A stretch of 33,351 bases of DNA from a virus (lineage: Duplodnaviria; Caudoviricetes), in IMG/VR virus record IMGVR_UViG_3300009095_000043, positions 1-33,351 of that record, one strand, 5' to 3'. The translations under genes were made by a program, and so were the position numbers. The notes under the pieces were generated by a model. The model had not been told where the DNA came from. It searched no databases and worked only from the letters and a program-made list of their open reading frames with translations. Numbering within the stretch: the first letter of the stretch is position 1; each line of letters opens with the position of its first letter. Positions 26,111 through 33,351 of the stretch are shown piece by piece.

Positions 26111-26938
26111 ATGCCAATCGTCATTTCCCAGGCTCTTGTCCTCTCCGAACTGGTCGAGAGCAGCGCCGACGCTCCCCTGCTCGGATGGCAGAACCTTGTG
26201 ACGGTCGGCGGTATCGCGGCTGACGAGGAAGATGCCGACTATCCGGCCTCAAACCTTGGCAACCCATCCACGGCGCTGCGGTGGCAGGGTGAGACGACGA
26301 GCGAGCAATATATCGAGTTCACGCTGTCGGGCACTGATCCAGTCGATTATGTCGGCATTGCCCGGCATAACCTCGGCTCTGGTCAGGTTACCGTTTCGGT
26401 CGAGATATCGGACGGCGAAAGCCCGGAGACATGGACAGAGGTTGCGGCTGAATTCATCCCGGCTGGCGACCAGCCGATCGTCATCCGCTTTGACGAGGAA
26501 CAGCCTCCTGCAATTCGCATCAAGCTACAGCCGGGCTCCGTCATTCCCCGCATGGCAGTCGTCTATGTCGGGAAGCTGCTGCGTCTTCCGCGCGGTGTCC
26601 AGCCGGGCCTTGTACCCACGCTCTGGGCGGCGTCGGACGATGTGATCGCGGCAGAGAGCGAGGCGGGCGACTATCTCGGGGCCATCGTGCTTCGCCAGTC
26701 GCTGCAAACCTCCGTGCAGGTGCAGTGGCTGGATTATACATGGTGGCTCGCCAACATGCCGGGGTTCATTGCCCATGCCCGGCAGAGGAAGCCATTCTTC
26801 TTCGCATGGTTGCCCACGACCTATCCGAACGACATCGGCTATGCGTGGACCTCGAATGACATAAGGCCGGAAGCGCACAACATGCGCACCGGCTACAAGG
26901 TCCACATGACGCTCGACCTCAAGGCGGTGGCGCTTTGA
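26111..26938 (+). CDS. Distal tail (Dit-like) protein with jelly-roll/discoidin-like domain
   Basis: YPASNL...W...VDYVGIARHNL; first tail gene after tape measure. Confidence 0.7.
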   Translation: MPIVISQALVLSELVESSADAPLLGWQNLVTVGGIAADEEDADYPASNLGNPSTALRWQGETTSEQYIEFTLSGTDPVDYVGIARHNLGSGQVTVSVEISDGESPETWTEVAAEFIPAGDQPIVIRFDEEQPPAIRIKLQPGSVIPRMAVVYVGKLLRLPRGVQPGLVPTLWAASDDVIAAESEAGDYLGAIVLRQSLQTSVQVQWLDYTWWLANMPGFIAHARQRKPFFFAWLPTTYPNDIGYAWTSNDIRPEAHNMRTGYKVHMTLDLKAVAL

Positions 26939-29874
26939 AGTCGCTCGTTTTTGTCGAACTCGACATCGACTATTGCAGCCTGTCTTACGGCGTCGGCGCT
27001 TGCCCGGCCGTGCTTGGCGTGGACTCGGCAACGAAGTGCTACAACACCAAGGGCACATGTCCGGTTCGCGAGAGCTACGACAGCGAATCCGTCACGCTGC
27101 GGTTTGCAGAGGGCACGGCCTATCTGGCGGAAAGCGGCATAGACGCAATTGCATGTATCGAGAGCATCGCGTTTACGCCCGGCACGATCTCGCTTGGCGA
27201 GGATCTGGGAACCCGTTCGTCGCTTCGCGTCACCATGTCGGACTTCCCGTGGTCGGACACCGGGCCGGGCTTTGACAAATACCTGGCTGATCGGACCTAT
27301 GACCCTTACTCGCAGGGCACGTTCTGGGGCAAGTTCCGGGCTCGCCATCCTTCCTTGAGGGGCCGCCCGATCCGCGTCATTCGCGGCGAACTCGGGCAAT
27401 CTCTCGATGAAATGGAAACCCGGCATTATGTGGTCGAGAGTTTCGACGGGCCGGGCCGTGACGGCAGTTTCACGATCATCGCCAAGGATGTCCTGAAGCT
27501 TCTGGACGGGGATCGCGCGCAGGCGCCGAAGATGAATTCGGGCTTCCTGTTTACGGATATCAACTCAAGCGCCACAAGCGCCACGCTGGCACCCTCCGGG
27601 ATAGGGAACGCAGACAACTATCCCGGCGACTTCTATGCGGCGATAGGTGGAAAGGAGATCGTTCACGTCTACCGCGACCAGTATGCCGGGCTAGATGGCA
27701 ATACACAGGTTGCGCTGCATTTTGACGGGTCGGACGCATCGACCACCATTACCGATTCCTCCGGCAATTCGAGGAACGGCACCTGCGTCGGCAATGCGCA
27801 ACTCGACACGGCGGAAAAGCGGTTTTCCACGGCGTCCCTGCTTCTGGACGGGACCGGCGATTATGTGACGCTGGCCGACAACAACGCATGGACCTTTGCG
27901 GGCGACTTCACGGTTGACTGTCATTTCAAGGCGAGCGCGATTCCTTCGATTGCTCCGATCTTCGCGCACCAGACCGATGCGAATAACCAGTATCGCCTGC
28001 ATGTGACGTCGGCCGGGGCGTTGGTCTTCTCGGTCATCTCGGCCAGCACGCCGCTGATCACGCTGACGAGTGCGAACGGGCTTGTCGAGACGGGTTCATG
28101 GTATCACGTCGCTGTTGTTCGCGAGGATGACGACTGGACGATCTATCTGGACGGTGAGGCGGTCGCGACGGGCTCCGGTGCGGTTTCGATCCCGAACTTC
28201 ACGTCGACATTCCGCATCGGTTCGGACGGTGGTGCGGTCAATTTCTTCAATGGCTGGATCGATGAGTTCCGCGTTTCCAGCGTTGCCCGGTGGACGGATG
28301 ACTTCGAAGCCCCGTCCGCGCCTTACAATACATCTGCCGATCTGATCACCCTCACGAGGGCGCAAAAGAACACCGAAGCGGTTTCGCACAAGGCGACAGA
28401 CCGCGTGCAGACCTGTGTCAGCTACGTCAGCCAGGATATCTCCGTCATCCTTCGCGACCTCATGGTCAACTATGCCTCGGTTCCGTCCAGCTATATCCCG
28501 CTGTCGGAATGGCAAACGGAAACGACGACATTCCTGCGCACGCTCTACACTGCCGACATTGCAGAGCCGACCGCAGTCGACACGCTTGCGAAGGAACTGA
28601 TCCGGCAGGGTGCGCTTGCGATCTGGTGGGATGATATCGCCCAGAAGATCAGGCTGAAGGTGCTTCGCCAGATCGACACGTCTGTTGCCGTGTTTGATGA
28701 GAGCGTCATCACCAAGGACAGCCTTTCGATAGCAGACCAGCCGACCAAGCGCCTTTCTCAGGTCTGGACCTATTTCGGGCAGGTGAACCCGCTGAAGAAG
28801 GTGGACGAAACCGAGAATTACCGGTCCTGCGCTGTCGTGGCGAACCTTGAACGTGAAGACGACTACGGTTCACCGGCAATCGAGAAAATCTATTCACGGT
28901 GGATTCCGGAAGGTGGCGGGGCCATTGCCCTTCGCATCGGGGAAATCCTGATCGGGCGCTTTGGCAGGCCGCCGCGCAAGTTCAAGCTCAATGCGTTCCG
29001 GCAGGGTCCGGTTATCCCGGTCGCAGGCGTTGGCTGCAAGATATCGTCATGGCCGCTGCAGGACTCGGCAGGTTCGCAAATACTCGTTCCCGCACAGGTG
29101 ACGCGGCTCAATGCGAAGTCGGACTATTTCGAGACCGAGCTGGAGGAATTCGACTTCTCCTTTGTCGACGACGGCGCCCCAACCGTCATCTTCGACCTCG
29201 ACCAGTACAACGTAAACGCCCGCACCATCTTCGACTTCTTCTACCAGGAGCCGGAAAGCGGTGATGACGTCTATTTCATCGTGGAGTCGGGGGTAAAGAT
29301 CGGTTCCAAGTCCACGTCCCTTCCTGCCTTCGACATGGGGTCATGGCCGGCCGGGGTGAACATCCACCTTCAGGTCCGCGAGAACGGCCGCATACAGGGC
29401 AAGGGCGGTGCTGGTGGCGTTTATGCGCAGTCGTCCGGTCCCGGCAATCCAGGCCTTCCGGGCGGCACTGCGCTCAAGACAACCGTCCCAATCATCATCG
29501 AGAACGACGTGAACGGCCGGATATGGGCGGGCGCGGGCGGTGGCGGTGGTTCAGGCCTTATCACGTTCGGTGCGTCCGGTTTCGGTAACGGCGGTGGCGG
29601 TGCGGGCTTTGACGGTGGCGAGGGCGGCAAGTCAGGACAGACGGCATTTGACGCGCCTTCCGGCACGCCGGACGCTGGCGGTGCAGACGGTCCCGGAACA
29701 CTTGATGGCGGTGCTGGCGGCGATCCGGGCCAGCCCGGCAATGCAGGACAAAGCGGCACAAATTTCGGGGCTACCGCTGGCGGCGCGGGCGGTGCTGCCG
29801 GTGCTGCGATCGATGGCGACAGCCTCGTAACCTACACGGAAGCCGGCGACATTCGCGGCGGTCTTATCAACTGA
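26935..29874 (+). CDS. Tail tip/hub protein with inserted LamG-like lectin domain and Gly-rich C-terminus
   Basis: 979 aa; ALHFDG...DFTVD...WYHVAVVR...IYLDG...GWIDEFRVS (about 27694-28326); GAGGGGGSG Gly-rich tail. Confidence 0.85.
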   Translation: MKSLVFVELDIDYCSLSYGVGACPAVLGVDSATKCYNTKGTCPVRESYDSESVTLRFAEGTAYLAESGIDAIACIESIAFTPGTISLGEDLGTRSSLRVTMSDFPWSDTGPGFDKYLADRTYDPYSQGTFWGKFRARHPSLRGRPIRVIRGELGQSLDEMETRHYVVESFDGPGRDGSFTIIAKDVLKLLDGDRAQAPKMNSGFLFTDINSSATSATLAPSGIGNADNYPGDFYAAIGGKEIVHVYRDQYAGLDGNTQVALHFDGSDASTTITDSSGNSRNGTCVGNAQLDTAEKRFSTASLLLDGTGDYVTLADNNAWTFAGDFTVDCHFKASAIPSIAPIFAHQTDANNQYRLHVTSAGALVFSVISASTPLITLTSANGLVETGSWYHVAVVREDDDWTIYLDGEAVATGSGAVSIPNFTSTFRIGSDGGAVNFFNGWIDEFRVSSVARWTDDFEAPSAPYNTSADLITLTRAQKNTEAVSHKATDRVQTCVSYVSQDISVILRDLMVNYASVPSSYIPLSEWQTETTTFLRTLYTADIAEPTAVDTLAKELIRQGALAIWWDDIAQKIRLKVLRQIDTSVAVFDESVITKDSLSIADQPTKRLSQVWTYFGQVNPLKKVDETENYRSCAVVANLEREDDYGSPAIEKIYSRWIPEGGGAIALRIGEILIGRFGRPPRKFKLNAFRQGPVIPVAGVGCKISSWPLQDSAGSQILVPAQVTRLNAKSDYFETELEEFDFSFVDDGAPTVIFDLDQYNVNARTIFDFFYQEPESGDDVYFIVESGVKIGSKSTSLPAFDMGSWPAGVNIHLQVRENGRIQGKGGAGGVYAQSSGPGNPGLPGGTALKTTVPIIIENDVNGRIWAGAGGGGGSGLITFGASGFGNGGGGAGFDGGEGGKSGQTAFDAPSGTPDAGGADGPGTLDGGAGGDPGQPGNAGQSGTNFGATAGGAGGAAGAAIDGDSLVTYTEAGDIRGGLIN

Positions 29875-29891
29875 CATCACAGGATTGAGCG

Positions 29892-31799
29892 ATGGCTTAC
29901 GCGCGCTTTCAGGCGACGGCGGTGGATGCTGCCGGCAATGTGCTTCCCAATGCCTCAATCGAGGTGCGTTCGGAGCAGACCGGGCTTCTCGTCACGGTCT
30001 ACACGGACAGGGATGGCACGACGCCTGCCGGCAATCCATTTACCGCCGACAGCGACGGCTATTTCTACTTTCATGCTCCGGGCGGGGCGTATCGGATTAC
30101 GGCGACCTCTGGGCTTGTCTCGCGGGTTTGGCGGTATGTCGCTGTCGGCTTGATGTCCGAATACGATCCCGACGTCCTGATCGGTATCCAGCGCCAGGAA
30201 GTCCGCGCTGCCACAACCGCCAACATCACCATTTCGACCGCGCTGAACAATGGCGACACGCTCGACGGCGTGACTCTGGCAACCAACGACCTCGTGCTGG
30301 TCAAGAACCAGACGAGCAAGGACGAAAACGGCATCTATGTGGTCGGCGTCACTCCGGCGCGCGCCGTCGCTTTCGACACCTACGATGAGCACGTCGGCGC
30401 CATTATCACAGTGCTTGAGGGCACGGCGAACGCCAACACGATCTGGTATGGCGCCAACAACTTCGGCGGGACGCTCGACACCGATCCTATAGTCTTCACG
30501 AAGATGAGTTTTGCCGCTGGCGTCGGCCCAACCGGACCCACTGGCCCGACGGGGCCTAGCGGTCCTGCCGGTGCAACGGGGCCTAGTGGGGCAGGTGCGA
30601 CGGGTGCCACTGGTCCGACTGGCGGAACCGGCGCACCGGGGGCGACAGGGCCCACAGGACCGACAGGACCGCAAGGGGATGCCTCCACGGTTCCGGGACC
30701 GACCGGCCCAACCGGCCCTGCCGGTGCGACAGGCCCGACCGGCCCGGCTGGTGCGGATTCGATGGTGCCCGGCCCTACGGGGCCGACTGGACCGGCAGGG
30801 CCTACGGGTCCAACCGGTCCATCCGGTACGCCTTCGTCTGTCCCGGGGCCAACTGGGCCGACCGGCCCGACTGGAGCCACAGGGCCATCAGGCGCGCCGG
30901 GGGCGGGCATTTCATGGCAGGGGCCTTGGGATATCGGCACGGCCTATGTCGCGAACGATGGCGTCGAGCATAACGGCTCGTCGTGGATCGCGAACACCTC
31001 GACCACTGGCGATGAGCCCGGCGTCGACCCCGAATGGGATTTGTGGGTCGAGAAGGGCGTTACCGGGGCTACCGGGCCTACGGGGCCAACAGGCGCAACC
31101 GGGCCTCAGGGCGATGCAGGCTCGGCGGGTGCCGTGGGTGCGACAGGTCCGACCGGCCCTACGGGTCCGCAAGGTGATGCGGGCTCTGCCGGTTCAGTAG
31201 GTGCCACAGGACCAACGGGGCCAACGGGGCCAACAGGCCCTGCCGGGGTAACCGGTCCAACCGGCCCCACTGGCGGCACTGGCGCGGCTGGCAGTGTTGG
31301 TGCGACAGGACCGACCGGCGCGACGGGGCCAAGCGTTACCTGGTTGACTCCCCAAGCCACCACATCGGGCACGACCAAGGACTTCTCGATTGGCGCTGGC
31401 GCGCGGGAGATAGACATCGATCTGACCGATGTTTCCCTTTCGGGCACCGATAGCATTCTGGTGCAGATCGGTGATAGCGGCGGCATCGAAACTACGGGGT
31501 ATTCGGCCGCAGATGCCTACAGCGCGAATTCGGTTAGTGCGGCCGTCCTCACTTCGACGGCTGGTTTTCCGATCCGCCTCGTGAACGCAACCAGAAACTT
31601 CACCGGAACATTGCGGCTGCGCAACATCACGGGTAACACATGGGTCGCAACGCTGGTCGGCATCACTAACCTTCAGCAAGACGCTGGCCACGATGGGGGC
31701 GGCGTGAAGACGCTTTCTGACACTCTGACGACTGTCCGACTGGCAACGACCGGCTCCGACACGTTCGACACCGGCAATGCAGGAGGATCGTACCTATGA
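29892..31799 (+). CDS. Collagen-like tail fibre
   Basis: VRAATTANI...[14 protein letters not shown] fibre module; two G-X-T collagen tracts flanking [15 protein letters not shown] module; C-terminal beta domain. Confidence 0.88.
   Translation: MAYARFQATAVDAAGNVLPNASIEVRSEQTGLLVTVYTDRDGTTPAGNPFTADSDGYFYFHAPGGAYRITATSGLVSRVWRYVAVGLMSEYDPDVLIGIQRQEVRAATTANITISTALNNGDTLDGVTLATNDLVLVKNQTSKDENGIYVVGVTPARAVAFDTYDEHVGAIITVLEGTANANTIWYGANNFGGTLDTDPIVFTKMSFAAGVGPTGPTGPTGPSGPAGATGPSGAGATGATGPTGGTGAPGATGPTGPTGPQGDASTVPGPTGPTGPAGATGPTGPAGADSMVPGPTGPTGPAGPTGPTGPSGTPSSVPGPTGPTGPTGATGPSGAPGAGISWQGPWDIGTAYVANDGVEHNGSSWIANTSTTGDEPGVDPEWDLWVEKGVTGATGPTGPTGATGPQGDAGSAGAVGATGPTGPTGPQGDAGSAGSVGATGPTGPTGPTGPAGVTGPTGPTGGTGAAGSVGATGPTGATGPSVTWLTPQATTSGTTKDFSIGAGAREIDIDLTDVSLSGTDSILVQIGDSGGIETTGYSAADAYSANSVSAAVLTSTAGFPIRLVNATRNFTGTLRLRNITGNTWVATLVGITNLQQDAGHDGGGVKTLSDTLTTVRLATTGSDTFDTGNAGGSYL
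30525..31334 (+). repeat. Collagen G-X-Y (mostly GPT/GAT) coding repeats in two blocks
   Basis: Blocks at about 30525-30909 and 31056-31334; higher-order units S[11 protein letters not shown] (x3) and [10 protein letters not shown][11 protein letters not shown] (x2). Confidence 0.95.
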
Positions 31800-32209
31800 C
31801 CTATGTTGCCATCATGAGCGTGGTGGAAAACCGCGTTGCCAAGTATGCCGAGTTCGACACAAAAGCCGCCGCGTCCGCTCATGTGAGTGCGCACGCCGAC
31901 CGCTGGCCAGATGCTTTTGTCGTCAAAGCGCCGTCAGAGCATGTTCTCGAATGGTGGGTCGAGGGGCAGACGGTCACCGTTGTTGTTCCGGAGCCTCCGC
32001 GCCGCATGGTTCGTAAGAGTCTTGTGCAGCAGAGGCTCATCGACGCGGACAAGATGGACGACGCCTACGCGCTCTTGACCACGATGCCATCCGCTTTCGC
32101 TCGCTGGTTCGCGCCCGACAGGCCGGAAGTCTATGCGGATGATCCCGACGCGCTGGCTTTGCTGGCGGCGATCGGGGCGGACCCGGAAGTCATCATGGCG
32201 GCCGAATGA
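31796..32209 (+). CDS. Tail-fibre-associated protein (possible assembly chaperone)
   Basis: 137 aa, ATGA-coupled to the fibre gene, GGAGG RBS. Confidence 0.65.
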   Translation: MTYVAIMSVVENRVAKYAEFDTKAAASAHVSAHADRWPDAFVVKAPSEHVLEWWVEGQTVTVVVPEPPRRMVRKSLVQQRLIDADKMDDAYALLTTMPSAFARWFAPDRPEVYADDPDALALLAAIGADPEVIMAAE

Positions 32210-33273
32210 TGCGTTTCCATGTCGCCTCCCTTCCGCACACCCATACCTCGGCGGCCTTCCCATCCTGTGCCTTTACCCAGAAGGTTGTCCGCTTCTGCAA
32301 GATGATGACGGACTTGGGCCATGAGGTGTTCCTGTATTCGGGCGAGGAAAACGAAGCGCCATGCACCGAGCATGTGCCCTGTATCTCAGAGAAGCGCCGT
32401 GCCGAGATGGTCGGGGCAAAGCACTACACCGAAGCGGACTGGGGCCATCCCTATTGGCAGGGCTTCAACGCCAACGTGATCGGCCAAATGCATGAACGGA
32501 TACAATCCCGCGACTTCATCTGCCTGATCGGCGGCTATAGCCACAAGCCGATTGCAGACGCCTTCCCGAGCCATCTCAGCGTCGAGTTCGGGATAGGCTA
32601 CGCCGGCACGTTCGCGAAGTATCGGGTGTTCGAGTCTTACGCATGGCTCCATGCCGTGTACGGTGCAGAAGCCGGGGCTGACAGGAAGGACGGCGGCTGG
32701 TGGGATGCTGTCATCCCGAACCAGTTCGAGGACATCTATCCGCTCGGAACCGGGGGCGGTTATGCGCTCTATGTCGGGCGGCTGATCGACCGGAAGGGCT
32801 ATCGCATCGCTCAGGAAGTCTGCGAAGCCAAGGGTATTCGCCTCATCCTTGCCGGGCCGGGACCGCAGTCGGGCTATGGCGAGTTCGTCGGTGAGGTTGA
32901 CGCTTCAAAGCGCGCCGATCTGATGGCCGGAGCGAAATGCCTGTTTGCCCCGACGCAATACATCGAGCCGTTCGGCACCGTCCACATCGAGGCGATGGCC
33001 TGCGGGACGCCGATCATCGCGACCGACTGGGGCGTTTGGACCGAAACCGTTCAGCAGGGCGTGCACGGCTTTCGTTGCCGGACCTTTGCCGAGTTCTGCG
33101 ATGCTCTGGATAAGGTGGACGGACTGGACCGCAAGCGCATTCGTGACGACGCCTACGCCCGCTTCTCAATGCCGGTCGTTGCCAAACAATACGAAGCCTA
33201 CTTCACCCGGCTTTCGTCGCTGTGGGGACAGGGCTGGTACGAAGGCAAAGACGTAGCCGCAAAGGCCGCCTAA
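32206..33273 (+). CDS. GT4-family (GT-B) glycosyltransferase
   Basis: LYVGRLIDRKG, EPFGTVHIEAMACGTPIIATD (E-x7-E). Confidence 0.93.
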   Translation: MMRFHVASLPHTHTSAAFPSCAFTQKVVRFCKMMTDLGHEVFLYSGEENEAPCTEHVPCISEKRRAEMVGAKHYTEADWGHPYWQGFNANVIGQMHERIQSRDFICLIGGYSHKPIADAFPSHLSVEFGIGYAGTFAKYRVFESYAWLHAVYGAEAGADRKDGGWWDAVIPNQFEDIYPLGTGGGYALYVGRLIDRKGYRIAQEVCEAKGIRLILAGPGPQSGYGEFVGEVDASKRADLMAGAKCLFAPTQYIEPFGTVHIEAMACGTPIIATDWGVWTETVQQGVHGFRCRTFAEFCDALDKVDGLDRKRIRDDAYARFSMPVVAKQYEAYFTRLSSLWGQGWYEGKDVAAKAA

Positions 33274-33298
33274 CCCCCAACAACCGAAGGAAGACCAG

Positions 33299-33351
33299 AT
33301 GTCCCGATCTGTCGGGGCGTTCCGATCGTTCGCCTTCGCATTCCTGTTTCT
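33299..33351 (+). CDS. 5' fragment of a probable exported protein
   Basis: AAGGA RBS, MSRSVGAFRSFAFAFLF signal-like start, runs off the window. Confidence 0.4.
   Translation, partial: MSRSVGAFRSFAFAFLF

Noticed and set aside
30525-31334. Possible CRISPR array or DGR repeats
   Set aside because: Repeats are degenerate at third codon positions with no spacers; no cas or reverse transcriptase gene in the window
30380-31486. GPV collagen-like ORFs on the minus strand
   Set aside because: Reverse-complement artefact of GPT codon repeats

Overview
About 33 kb of a lambdoid, HK97-type temperate siphophage or prophage, probably of a Rhizobiales/alphaproteobacterial host (high GC, GcrA- and GapR-like genes, initiator tRNA with an A29-U41 pair). 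Left to right: a leftward early operon (RecE/ExoVIII-like nuclease truncated at the window edge, small hypotheticals); an immunity region with five ATACCA-N3-TGGTAT operators, cI and cro, plus a stand-alone HTH gene followed by two palindromic iteron-like repeats; a rightward early operon (GcrA-like, CII-like, GapR-like, RuvC-like, DnaB-like, late regulator); tRNA-fMet and a second tRNA-like fold; HNH, terminases, portal, ClpP protease and major capsid; head-tail and tail genes; an antisense lipoprotein; a LamG-containing tail hub; a Thr-rich collagen-like fibre; and a GT4 gene. The most notable feature is a putative virion glycosylation system of six glycosyltransferase-like genes inside the structural operon. 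One of them, a Maf/sialyltransferase-like domain, lacks a start codon for its N-terminal motif and appears to be fused to a small putative capsid-binding protein by a -1 frameshift at C-CCT-TTG (17433-17439). All product calls rest on motif recognition and gene order; no database searches were run.
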